Of a stretch of 64,000 nucleotides of DNA, positions 9,901 to 20,652 are shown piece after piece. How positions within the stretch are numbered: the first letter of the stretch is position 1; each line of letters starts with the position of its first letter. The notes under the pieces were generated by a model, which made no database searches, was not told the origin of the DNA, and was given only the letters and a program-made list of their open reading frames with translations. Made by a program: the position numbers and the translations under genes. This DNA comes from Pseudomonadota bacterium (lineage in GTDB: Bacteria > Pseudomonadota > Alphaproteobacteria > TMED109): positions 1,056 through 65,055 of the forward strand of contig JAYYAX010000028.1 in assembly GCA_036042925.1 (NCBI GenBank), given 5' to 3'.

Positions 9901-10569
9901 TTATTCTTTCCTCACAAAAATAGTTAAAATAATAGCTAAAGTAAAAGCTAACATAAACCAGGTAATTGCATAATTTAAGTGATTAATATGCGATATGGTA
10001 TTCGGTTTTACGTTTACTAAACCATTTGAAGTATTATTGGTTTCATAAATTAAATATGGCTCTAAATTAATATTTAGAGAGTCAGAAATTTCTTCCAAAT
10101 TTAAAGAGTACCATTTATCGTTTTTTAAATCATTCTCAAGTTCAAAGAATTTTGGTTTAGGAAATTTGATTATAAACCCATTAATATTTTCTATAATATT
10201 ATCCTTTTCTTTTTTTTTTTTATTTAGAGTAAAGCCTCTATTTACTAAAACATATTCGCTACCGAGTTGTAACGGCACAATTAAATGATAGCCGACTTTT
10301 CCCTTATGCGTTCTTGGCTCAAAAAATAAAGTTTTATCTTCTAATAAGTCTCCTTTTATCATAATAGTCTGAAAATTACTTATATTCTTTTTAAGACTTA
10401 ATAATTCATTAGGTTTTTGATTTTCTTCAGAAGCGATTAAACTCTTGTTATATTTTTTAATTTTGTGCTTATTTAATTGCCACATTCCTAAGCATAACAA
10501 CAGGTAAAAAGCTAAAGAAAATATTAGATAAATTCTGATTGTGTTAATAGTTTTATTTTTTTTCATCAT
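9901..10569 (-). CDS. surf1: SURF1 family cytochrome oxidase assembly protein
   Basis: LGMWQL, VLVNRGF, NHLNYAITWF. Confidence 0.93.
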   Translation of the reverse strand: MMKKNKTINTIRIYLIFSLAFYLLLCLGMWQLNKHKIKKYNKSLIASEENQKPNELLSLKKNISNFQTIMIKGDLLEDKTLFFEPRTHKGKVGYHLIVPLQLGSEYVLVNRGFTLNKKKKEKDNIIENINGFIIKFPKPKFFELENDLKNDKWYSLNLEEISDSLNINLEPYLIYETNNTSNGLVNVKPNTISHINHLNYAITWFMLAFTLAIILTIFVRKE

Positions 10570-10954
10570 AATTTAGTTCTAAAATTCTATTAATTAAAAA
10601 ATATTTATTAATTCTTAAAAGAAGTGCGCTTAATATTAAAATAAGCAATGTAAATGAAAAAGCTAGTTCAATTATAGATAATTCTTGTTTTCTGTCTAAT
10701 ACGAAAGAAACCTGAACAGCGAATAAACATAAAAAAAATGTAGTTATCAATGAAGCTACAGATCCTATCTGATAAGCATGAAAACTAATTTCACATGATT
10801 TAAATTCTTTTTGCAGTGATACTAAACCTTCAAATACTGTTCCTTTAGAGCATCTAGGACAATTATTAAAAAAAATTGCAATTAACGAAAGTGCACTTTT
10901 TATACTATCCCCCCCACCAGTAGATAGAAAAAAATAAAAATAGCCATACGACAT
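10553..10954 (-). CDS. DUF983-like membrane protein (divergent; start uncertain)
   Basis: CPRC..G.VF.G followed by two TM segments and LLLR; conserved position between coxC and surf1; second CxxC is degenerate (FKSC). Confidence 0.6.
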   Translation of the reverse strand: MSYGYFYFFLSTGGGDSIKSALSLIAIFFNNCPRCSKGTVFEGLVSLQKEFKSCEISFHAYQIGSVASLITTFFLCLFAVQVSFVLDRKQELSIIELAFSFTLLILILSALLLRINKYFLINRILELNYDEKK

Positions 10955-11726
10955 CTACAAAGTGCCAATACCAGGCAGCAGCCTCAAACCCGAAATGTTG
11001 TTCTGGTTTAAAGTGCCCTGCTAAAGTTCTAAATAGAATTATTATTAAAAAAATTGTTCCCACTAAAACATGAAATCCATGAAATCCTGTTGCCATAAAG
11101 AAAGTAGAACTATAAATTCCATCGCCAAATGCAAATTTTGCATGGCTGTATTCGTATGCCTGAACAAATGAAAATAAAATACCTAGTCCAATGGTAGCTA
11201 ATAATGCCCATATAACCGTTTTTCTTTTTCCTTCTATAAGCGCATGATGCGCCCAAGTACATGTGGTACCAGATGTTAATAAGATTACTGTATTTAAAAG
11301 TGGTAGATGAAATGGATCAAATGTCTCAACTCCTTTAGGAGGCCATTCCCCTCCGGTAAAAGTAACCCTGCTGTATTGAATAGCTTCATCAGCAAATATG
11401 CTAGCGTCAAAAAATGCCCAAAACCAAGCAACAAAAAACATAACCTCAGATGCTATAAATAAAGCCATTCCATATCTTAAACCTATTAGTATAAAAGCAT
11501 TATGGTGACCCTCATGTTCTGCCTCTCTTATAACGTCTCGCCACCAGCCAAACATTGTTAAAATTACTAAAAAACCTCCTATACCAAAAATCCACTCACC
11601 AAAGTTAATTTTGTGCATGAACATTATAGCTCCAATAGCTAGAACTAAAGCTGAAATGGAACCCACCAGTGGCCAGGGGCTTGGCTCTACCAAATGATAC
11701 GGATGAGACTGTTTTGTATTTGACAT
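10905..11726 (-). CDS. coxC: Cytochrome c oxidase subunit III
   Basis: HPYHLVEPSPWP, FIASEVMFF, TGFHGFHV, AAWYWHFVDVVW. Confidence 0.98.
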   Translation of the reverse strand: MSNTKQSHPYHLVEPSPWPLVGSISALVLAIGAIMFMHKINFGEWIFGIGGFLVILTMFGWWRDVIREAEHEGHHNAFILIGLRYGMALFIASEVMFFVAWFWAFFDASIFADEAIQYSRVTFTGGEWPPKGVETFDPFHLPLLNTVILLTSGTTCTWAHHALIEGKRKTVIWALLATIGLGILFSFVQAYEYSHAKFAFGDGIYSSTFFMATGFHGFHVLVGTIFLIIILFRTLAGHFKPEQHFGFEAAAWYWHFVDVVWLFLFFSIYWWGG

Positions 11727-11764
11727 ATTTTAACCTCTTTAAAATTTAATTATAATCTAGCTTA

Positions 11765-12319
11765 TTAAAAATTTCTAACATTAATGTTATCTGTGTCGAA
11801 AAAAGTATAGCTAAGCGTTATTGATTTTATTTCTTTAGTATTAGGGTCGCTATACAAATCTGGACTTATAAAAAAAGTGACAGGTAAAAAAACAGTTTGA
11901 CCAGGACTCAAGGTGCTTTCTTCATAACAAAAACAATCGAGCTTATTAAAGTATATTCCTGCCTTTTGAGGAGTAACATTATAAGATGCAATAACTTGTA
12001 TTGACTTATTTGACTTATTTGAAATTTTATACTCAATTGAATTAGTTTTTCCAAATTTTGTAATTATAGATCTTTTAACTGGTTGAAAATATACTCCTAA
12101 ATTTTTTTGCGTATCTGCATTGAATCTAACTTTTATCTTTTTATCCAAAACAACATCTGAAGGTTTTAATGCTTCTTGGGTTGTGCCTCCATACCCTGTA
12201 ACTTTACAAAATAAGTTATAAAGTGGAACAGATGCATAAGACAAAAGAAACATTAGCGCAGGTATTGCAAATATAGTAATTGCAAGGCTTATATTTTTAT
12301 TATTTTTAATCTTTTTCAT
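11765..12319 (-). CDS. ctaG: Cytochrome c oxidase assembly Cu chaperone CtaG/Cox11
   Basis: VPLYNLFCKVTGYGG, YNVTP, YFNKLDCFC, ITLSYTF. Confidence 0.97.
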   Translation of the reverse strand: MKKIKNNKNISLAITIFAIPALMFLLSYASVPLYNLFCKVTGYGGTTQEALKPSDVVLDKKIKVRFNADTQKNLGVYFQPVKRSIITKFGKTNSIEYKISNKSNKSIQVIASYNVTPQKAGIYFNKLDCFCYEESTLSPGQTVFLPVTFFISPDLYSDPNTKEIKSITLSYTFFDTDNINVRNF

Positions 12320-12405
12320 TGACCCGACATTTTTAAAATTGTAACTATATAAATTAAAAATATTAAAAGGATTACCAAAGATGCTATAAAATACTTTTTT
12401 TTCAC
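12316..12405 (-). CDS. Small single-TM cox-operon protein (CoxF-like), 29 aa, absent from the ORF track
   Basis: GTG at 12405, 1 nt after the cyoE stop: MKKKYFIASLVILLIFLIYIVTILKMSGQ*; its TGA overlaps the ctaG ATG (ATGA); basic N-terminus, TM and Y-x-VT-I-x-K as in alphaproteobacterial cyoE-ctaG small proteins. Confidence 0.78.
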   Translation of the reverse strand: MKKKYFIASLVILLIFLIYIVTILKMSGQ

Positions 12406-12406
12406 T

Positions 12407-13324
12407 TTATTTAGTTAATAAGAATTGAAAAAAATAATCCGCAAGAAATGCTATAAAAAGTAGAAACAAGTAAATTATAGAAAATTTAAATAATTTTTTA
12501 GAAGTTTTATGATCATTAATATCAATTTGGTGTGCCAGATAGAGGAAATATGTATTTAATATCAACATAATAGCCAAATAAAAATCACTAGCATAGTCTA
12601 GCAAGTATGGTAAAAAAGAAATGAAATACATAAAATACGAATATTTTATTATACTTTTTTTAGTTTCTTTTTTGCCAAGAACGTTAGGAAGCATTGGAAT
12701 TCCAGCCTTCTCGTAGTCATTTTCTGAAAAAAGAGATAAAGCCCAGAAATGTGGTGGGGTCCATATAAAAATTATCAAAAAAAGTATTATTGGGAAAAAA
12801 CTAATATGATTAGTTACCGAAACCCAGCCGATTAAAGGTGGTAAGGCTCCTGCTGCTCCTCCGATTACAATATTATAATAAGACTTTCTTTTGAGCCACA
12901 TTGTGTAAACGAAAATGTAAAATAAAATAGAGCTAGCTAAAAGAAAACTTGCCAAAAGATTGGACGCTAAACCCAATAAAACTACGGATAAAATGCTCAA
13001 AATAATTCCCAGCCCTAATGCCTCATCTGGTTTTATAATTCCTGACGGTATTGGACGACTTTTAGTTCTTTTCATTTTTGCGTCAATATCTCTGTCATAC
13101 CACATATTGATGCATCCCGCTGCTCCTGCGCCTATCGCTATACTAAAGAGCGAGATTAAAAATAAAATCGGATGTAAAGTATTTATTTTTAAAGCTAAAA
13201 CTTGTCCACAAAGTGCTGTAAATATAGCTAATGACATCACCCTTGGTTTAAGCAAACTAAAGTAAGCCCCTATAGATCCAAATTCTATATTTTCTTTAAG
13301 TCTATTAGAGGCTGTTTTCAACAT
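12407..13324 (-). CDS. cyoE: Protoheme IX farnesyltransferase (heme O synthase)
   Basis: LKPRVM, NMWYDRDIDAKMKRTKSRP, NIVIGGAAGA, WTPPHFWAL. Confidence 0.97.
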   Translation of the reverse strand: MLKTASNRLKENIEFGSIGAYFSLLKPRVMSLAIFTALCGQVLALKINTLHPILFLISLFSIAIGAGAAGCINMWYDRDIDAKMKRTKSRPIPSGIIKPDEALGLGIILSILSVVLLGLASNLLASFLLASSILFYIFVYTMWLKRKSYYNIVIGGAAGALPPLIGWVSVTNHISFFPIILFLIIFIWTPPHFWALSLFSENDYEKAGIPMLPNVLGKKETKKSIIKYSYFMYFISFLPYLLDYASDFYLAIMLILNTYFLYLAHQIDINDHKTSKKLFKFSIIYLFLLFIAFLADYFFQFLLTK

Positions 13325-13344
13325 TATTGCTCAGCTGAACTCGA

Positions 13345-14970
<1,626 letters not shown>

Positions 14971-15819
14971 TTATTTCGACGAAACTTTTATAAATTCATT
15001 ACTGTTAGCATATTTTTTTTGAGATTCTTCTATCCATGCTGCAAATTCGCTATCTGAAACAACATGAACTTCTATAGGCATTGATTGGTGGTTAACTCCA
15101 CATAATTCTGAACACATTCCATAGTAAATACCGGTTCTATCAGCTTTAAACCAGGTTTCATTTAATCTACCGGGAACGGCATCTGTCTTAACTCCTAATG
15201 AGGGAACTGCCCAACTGTGAAGAACATCCCCTGCAGTAACTTGAACTCTAACTATCTTATTTACAGGAACAACTACTATCGTATCTGTAGTTAACATTCT
15301 CTTAAAAGGTCTATTATCTTCTAACTCGTCTTTACTTTGTAGCATGAAAGCTTCATAAGAAAAATTTCCATGATCTGGATATTCATAGCCCCAATACCAT
15401 TGATAGCCTATTGCTTTTATTGTTAAATCAGGTTCTGGTATAACATCTTGTTTATAGAGCAGTTTAAAAGACGGTATTGAAATAATGACCAAAATTAGCA
15501 CGGGAATGGCGGTCCATAAAATTTCTATGAAAGTATTGTGTACTCTTTTTGATGGAGTTTTATTATTTTTTTCAGAATATCTGTAACCAACCCATAAAAG
15601 TAAAGCTAAAACAAATAATGTTATAAGTGCCATTATTATTAGCACAAAAAAGTGCATATTATATACATCAGTAGCAACTTCAGAATTAGGTATTTGCAAA
15701 TCAATTCCCCAATTTTTTGCAATTCCCATACCCTCATCATTGGCCATCGAAAATGCATTTAAAGCAATGCAAGCTAGTGAAATTAAAGTAAATAAAATAG
15801 TTTTTATTGTTGTGTTCAT
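14971..15819 (-). CDS. coxB: Cytochrome c oxidase subunit II
   Basis: EILWTAIP, GYQWYWGY, DVLHSW, CuA motif CSELCGVNHQSM. Confidence 0.98.
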   Translation of the reverse strand: MNTTIKTILFTLISLACIALNAFSMANDEGMGIAKNWGIDLQIPNSEVATDVYNMHFFVLIIMALITLFVLALLLWVGYRYSEKNNKTPSKRVHNTFIEILWTAIPVLILVIISIPSFKLLYKQDVIPEPDLTIKAIGYQWYWGYEYPDHGNFSYEAFMLQSKDELEDNRPFKRMLTTDTIVVVPVNKIVRVQVTAGDVLHSWAVPSLGVKTDAVPGRLNETWFKADRTGIYYGMCSELCGVNHQSMPIEVHVVSDSEFAAWIEESQKKYANSNEFIKVSSK

Positions 15820-16034
15820 TTTTACCTTTTTTCAATTAGTAATAATTTACTATATACTCTTATATAGAGCATTTTAATCAAAATTCTTATTTATTATAAT
15901 AATAATTATTGCTAACATATACTGACTAACATTTCTAGATATATTTTGATAAAATTATTTAAATTTTTTTTTAAATTCAGATTGTTTTTCATTTTAATCT
16001 CTCGTATGTTATTAATTAATATATAAGGTGTTAT

Positions 16035-16166
16035 ATGTCATATGATGAAAAAAAATACTTAGAAGATCACAAAAAAACCTGGAAGGGTTTTATTGATTTT
16101 ACAATTAAAGGATGTGTAATAATTGCAATTTTACTGATACTAATGGGTATTTTTCTCACTGGTTAA
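16035..16166 (+). CDS. ctaH: aa3-type cytochrome c oxidase subunit IV (CtaH-like), 43 aa, absent from the ORF track
   Basis: SD-like AAGGTG then MSYDEKKYLEDHKKTWKGFIDFTIKGCVIIAILLILMGIFLTG*; H-x-x-T-W/Y-x-G-F followed by one TM is the subunit IV signature. Confidence 0.85.
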   Translation: MSYDEKKYLEDHKKTWKGFIDFTIKGCVIIAILLILMGIFLTG

Positions 16167-16185
16167 TTTTATTATTAATTAAGCA

Positions 16186-18324
16186 TTGTTAGCAAATTTC
16201 TTAGATTCACTTAATGAAAATCAAAAAAATGCAGTTTTGCATACTTCCGGGCCACTTTTGATACTAGCAGGTGCTGGAACAGGTAAAACTAAAGTTTTAA
16301 CCACTAGACTTGCTAATTTATTATGTAATAATCTTGCCCAACCATTTGAAACTCTAACAGTTACCTTTACAAATAAAGCTGCCAGTGAAATGAAAGAAAG
16401 GGTTGAAGAAATGCTTAAAGTAAGCACTGCTGGTTGGTGGATAGGAACTTTTCACGCTATGGGGGCAAGAATTTTAAGAGAACATCCTGAATTAGTTGGT
16501 CTTAAAAAACAATTTTCAATAATTGATGTAGACGACCAAGTAAGACTTGTAAAACAGGTTTTATCTTACCACAATGTAGATGAGAAAAGATGGCCGGCTA
16601 GGCTATTTCATATTATTATCCAAAGGTGGAAAGATAAAGCTCTTAATCCTGAAGATATACCTGATGATCATGAGTTTGGAAATTTAAGCAGTAAAAAACT
16701 TTATAAAACATATCAAAATAGACTTCTTACTTTAAATGTAGTTGATTACGGGGATTTGCTCTTGCACAACATCAAAATTTTCAAAAATAATCTAGACATA
16801 CTGAATTATTATAGAGAGAAATTTAAGTATATTTTAGTTGATGAATATCAGGATACTAATCAATGCCAACATACCTGGTTGAAGCTATTAGCTCAGAAAC
16901 ATCAAAATATTTGCGCTGTTGGAGATGACGATCAATCAATATACTCTTGGAGAGGTGCAGAAGTAAAAAATATCCTACATTTTGAAGAAACATATAATAA
17001 TACTACAATAATAAAATTAGAAGAAAATTATAGATCTACTGGAAATATATTGGAAGCTGCAAATGGTCTTGTAAAAAAAAATAAAGCAAGATTAGGAAAA
17101 AATTTATGGACTAAAGGTGATACGGGAGAGAAAGTTAGTATTATAAATACCTCTAACTCAGAAGAAGAAGCACTTTCAGTTAGTGATCTAATTGAAGATC
17201 GATATAAAAATGGAAAACATTTATCAACTTTTGCCATCTTAGTAAGAGCTAGTTATCAGACTAGATTTTTTGAAGATAGATTTATAAAAATAGGATTACC
17301 ATATAAAATTATCGGGGGAACCAAGTTCTACGAAAGACTAGAAATTAAGGATGCTATGGCTTATTTACGCTTAGTAGCTAACGATGCTGATGATTTAGCA
17401 TTTGAACGTATAATAAATGTTCCTAAAAGAGGCTTAGGTGCAAAATCTATTTTAGAAATTGAAACTAATGCAAGAAAAAATAATATTTCATTGTTAGAAA
17501 GTTGCTACAATTTGTCTGAAAGCAATCACTTTAATGTAAAAACCTCAGCTAATTTAAGGAATTTTTTAAATTATCTTAAAACATGGAAAGCTAAATCAAA
17601 AGAATTATCTACTACAAACTTAGTAGAGATAATATTAGAGGAGTCAGGTTATGTTGAGATGTGGCAAAATGATAAGTCCGTAGAGGCAGAAGGTAGATTG
17701 GAAAATCTTAAGGAGTTAGTAACTGCCATTTCTGAATTTGATACTTTAGGAAGTTTTCTTGAGCATATTCAGTTAGTTATGGATAATAATCTAAATAATA
17801 AAAAAGACTCTGTTAATTTACTCACTCTGCATGCTGCTAAAGGCTTAGAGTTTGATCATGTATTTCTTCCTGGTTGGGAAGAGGAAATATTTCCTAATAA
17901 AAAATCTTTAGATGAAAGCCTAAACGAAGGACTTGAAGAGGAAAGAAGACTTGCTTATGTTGGATTAACAAGAGCTAGAAAAAAAGTGTGGATTTTATAT
18001 GCAAATACTAGATATATCCATGGTAATTGGCTATTTTGTTCACCTTCAAGATTTTTAAAAGAATTACCAAAAAAAAATGTTTCTACAATTAATCTTTTTT
18101 TTAAAAATGCTAGCAATAAAAATAACTCTGAATATAAAGGAGACTTAATTGGGTTTAGTAATTTAGAAAGTCAAGAAAACTCATTAATTATAGGCGATAA
18201 AGTTTTTCATCAAAAATTTGGTTATGGTATTATCGAAAATATAGAAGGGGAAAATGCTGAAGTGTCTTTTTCAAAAACTAACATAAAAAAAGTAAAAAAA
18301 AATTACTTAATCAAAAATGCTTAA
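16186..18324 (+). CDS. uvrD: ATP-dependent DNA helicase UvrD/PcrA
   Basis: TTG start; AGAGTGKT, VDEYQD, VGDDDQSIY, NYRS, TLHAAKGLEF, EERRLAYV, C-terminal HQKFGYG. Confidence 0.97.
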   Translation: MLANFLDSLNENQKNAVLHTSGPLLILAGAGTGKTKVLTTRLANLLCNNLAQPFETLTVTFTNKAASEMKERVEEMLKVSTAGWWIGTFHAMGARILREHPELVGLKKQFSIIDVDDQVRLVKQVLSYHNVDEKRWPARLFHIIIQRWKDKALNPEDIPDDHEFGNLSSKKLYKTYQNRLLTLNVVDYGDLLLHNIKIFKNNLDILNYYREKFKYILVDEYQDTNQCQHTWLKLLAQKHQNICAVGDDDQSIYSWRGAEVKNILHFEETYNNTTIIKLEENYRSTGNILEAANGLVKKNKARLGKNLWTKGDTGEKVSIINTSNSEEEALSVSDLIEDRYKNGKHLSTFAILVRASYQTRFFEDRFIKIGLPYKIIGGTKFYERLEIKDAMAYLRLVANDADDLAFERIINVPKRGLGAKSILEIETNARKNNISLLESCYNLSESNHFNVKTSANLRNFLNYLKTWKAKSKELSTTNLVEIILEESGYVEMWQNDKSVEAEGRLENLKELVTAISEFDTLGSFLEHIQLVMDNNLNNKKDSVNLLTLHAAKGLEFDHVFLPGWEEEIFPNKKSLDESLNEGLEEERRLAYVGLTRARKKVWILYANTRYIHGNWLFCSPSRFLKELPKKNVSTINLFFKNASNKNNSEYKGDLIGFSNLESQENSLIIGDKVFHQKFGYGIIENIEGENAEVSFSKTNIKKVKKNYLIKNA

Positions 18325-20092
18325 TAATTTAAAGAAAAGAATAGCTAGCTTAAGAAAATTAATGCGAGAAAATAATATGGATGCTTATATAGTACCTCAT
18401 AACGACGAATATTTATCCGAGTATGTACCTCCTAATAAGGAACGTTTAAATTGGATTTGTGGTTTTTCAGGATCTGCAGGTTCACTATTAGTTACTTTAG
18501 ATAAGCTGTTTTTGTTTACTGACGGAAGATATCTTTTACAAGCTAAAAATGAGACAAAGGGTTTAAAATGTGAAATAATTAATATATCTAATGAGAGTCT
18601 TTACAATTTCCTAAAAAAAAATCATTTAAAATATGGACAAGCAGGCATAGATACTAAAACAATAAGTAAGAGCGATTACTTAAGTTTAAAACAAGCAATA
18701 AATAATACCAGTTTAAAAATCAAAGCGATTGATCATAGTTTGATTGATGATTTGTGGAAAAGAGAAACAAAAATTCAAAATACAGAAGAAATCTTTTTTT
18801 TGTCTCAAAAATATGTAGGACTTAGCAACAATAAGAAATTGGATAAAATATATTCTTATTTACTTCAAGAAAAAGCAGACTATTTGTTTATTCAGGATAG
18901 TGAGTCCGTTGCTTGGTTAAATAATTTAAGAGGCAGGGATCTTCCTCATACGCCAATAACCTTTTGTTGCTCTTTAATAAGTAAAAATGATCAAAAAGTC
19001 TTTTTTGAAAACAGCAGTATACCTGCAAATATAAAAAAAAAATTCCCCAAAAAAACTAAAATTTTTTCTTTAAATAAGCTGGAGGAAACTCTTAAAAAAG
19101 AGTGCAAAAAAAAATCTAAAATTATTGTAGATCAAAGAAGATTATCATTATTTAATTATAATGTATTTAATAAGGTTTCAGATAATATAATAAGTAAAAA
19201 TGATATAATATTATCTTTAAGATCTATTAAAAACAAAACGGAAATTAAATGTACAGAAAAAGCTCATATATTAGATGGAGTTGCACTGTGTAAGTTTTTA
19301 TATTGGTACAAGAATTATAATGGTGCTTTAACAGAATTAGAAATCGTAAAAAAAATTAATTCTATACGAAAAAAAAATAAATATTTTATTTGCACCTCTT
19401 TTCCTACTATTGCAGGAGCAGGAAAAAATGGTGCAATTATTCATTATCAACCAAATGAAACACTTAATAAAAAAATTAATAAAGCTGATATTTTATTGTT
19501 GGATAGTGGGGGACAATATTTTTATGGTACTACTGATGTAACAAGGACAATTTCAAGATCAAAGAAAAACGATAGAAAGGTTAAATTTGATTACACAACA
19601 GTTTTAAAGAGTCATATTAATGTAAATCTTTCTATATTTCCACCTGGTGCTCCTGGTTCTTTTCTAGATGTGGTAGCAAGAAAAAAATTATGGGAAGTTG
19701 GTGAAGATTTTGCACATAGTACAGGCCATGGAGTAGGGTTTTGTTTAAATGTACATGAAGGTCCATTTAGCATATCCCTAAAGAATAAACTGCCTATTTA
19801 TGACAATATGGTATTTTCTAATGAACCGGGACTTTATAGAAATGGCAAATATGGCATTAGAATAGAAAATTTAGTTTATACAAAAAAAATAAATTACAAT
19901 AAAAAAAAATTTATTATTTTAGAAACACTAACCCTAGCACCCTACGAAAGAGAGCTTATAGATGCTTCACTTTTAAATCATAAAGAAAAGAAATGGTTAA
20001 ATAATTATCATAAAAGTGTTATAAAAAACATAGGTCCTTTTTTAAATAAGAAAGAAAAAATATGGTTAAAAAATCAGTGCAAAGAGATATAA
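18317..20092 (+). CDS. pepP: Xaa-Pro aminopeptidase (M24B)
   Basis: GFSGSAG, DGRY, DSGGQY..GTTDVTRT, HSTGHGVG, VHEGP, SNEPG, GIRIEN. Confidence 0.95.
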   Translation: MLNNLKKRIASLRKLMRENNMDAYIVPHNDEYLSEYVPPNKERLNWICGFSGSAGSLLVTLDKLFLFTDGRYLLQAKNETKGLKCEIINISNESLYNFLKKNHLKYGQAGIDTKTISKSDYLSLKQAINNTSLKIKAIDHSLIDDLWKRETKIQNTEEIFFLSQKYVGLSNNKKLDKIYSYLLQEKADYLFIQDSESVAWLNNLRGRDLPHTPITFCCSLISKNDQKVFFENSSIPANIKKKFPKKTKIFSLNKLEETLKKECKKKSKIIVDQRRLSLFNYNVFNKVSDNIISKNDIILSLRSIKNKTEIKCTEKAHILDGVALCKFLYWYKNYNGALTELEIVKKINSIRKKNKYFICTSFPTIAGAGKNGAIIHYQPNETLNKKINKADILLLDSGGQYFYGTTDVTRTISRSKKNDRKVKFDYTTVLKSHINVNLSIFPPGAPGSFLDVVARKKLWEVGEDFAHSTGHGVGFCLNVHEGPFSISLKNKLPIYDNMVFSNEPGLYRNGKYGIRIENLVYTKKINYNKKKFIILETLTLAPYERELIDASLLNHKEKKWLNNYHKSVIKNIGPFLNKKEKIWLKNQCKEI

Positions 20093-20652
20093 TTAAAAAA
20101 TATAATTTTACAATTCTTTATGGATCAACAAGAAGAAAAAGACTTGGAATTAGATTTGTTGAATTTATAAAAAATCAAATTAATAGCAAAGGACATAGAT
20201 CTTCTATTATTGATCCTCTTGAGATAAAACTTCCCTTACTTGACAAAAGATATGCTGATTTTAAAAAACTAAAAGTTCCTGAGAATATTAAAAAAGTTCA
20301 CAGAACCTTAAATAAAGCTAATGCTTTTATTGTAGTGAGTGCTGAATATAATCATATGCCACCTCCAGCATTGATTAATATTTTTAATTATTATTATTCA
20401 GAATTTAATAGAAAACCTTCATGTGTATGTACTTATTCTAGTGGAGATTTAGCTGGAGTAAGAGTTCAGAGTCCTCTAAGGGCAATGCTTTCTCAACTAG
20501 GTTGTCCTCCTATAAAGTTTGGAATGTTTCAACCTAAAGTGTCAAATTTTTTTGATAACAATGGTATTCCTATAGATGTAAATGATGCTGAGCAAAGATT
20601 TAATTTATTTTTCAACGAGCTGCTTTGGTACACAAAGACTCTAAACAACTAA
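20062..20652 (+). CDS. NADPH-dependent FMN reductase family protein
   Basis: GSTR, AEYNHMPPPAL.N, YSSGDLAGVR; start uncertain (31-nt overlap with pepP). Confidence 0.88.
   Translation: MVKKSVQRDIIKKYNFTILYGSTRRKRLGIRFVEFIKNQINSKGHRSSIIDPLEIKLPLLDKRYADFKKLKVPENIKKVHRTLNKANAFIVVSAEYNHMPPPALINIFNYYYSEFNRKPSCVCTYSSGDLAGVRVQSPLRAMLSQLGCPPIKFGMFQPKVSNFFDNNGIPIDVNDAEQRFNLFFNELLWYTKTLNN

Noticed and set aside
15911-15992. Possible 26-aa minus-strand ORF (MKNNLNLKKNLNNFIKIYLEMLVSIC) upstream of coxB
   Set aside because: Low-complexity AT-rich sequence with no recognisable homology; more likely promoter DNA
15820-16034. FNR-like (TTGAT half-sites) and CtrA-like (TTAA...TTAA) motifs in the coxB-ctaH intergenic region
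   Set aside because: Only half-sites or wrong spacing (N8 rather than N7); expected by chance at this AT content
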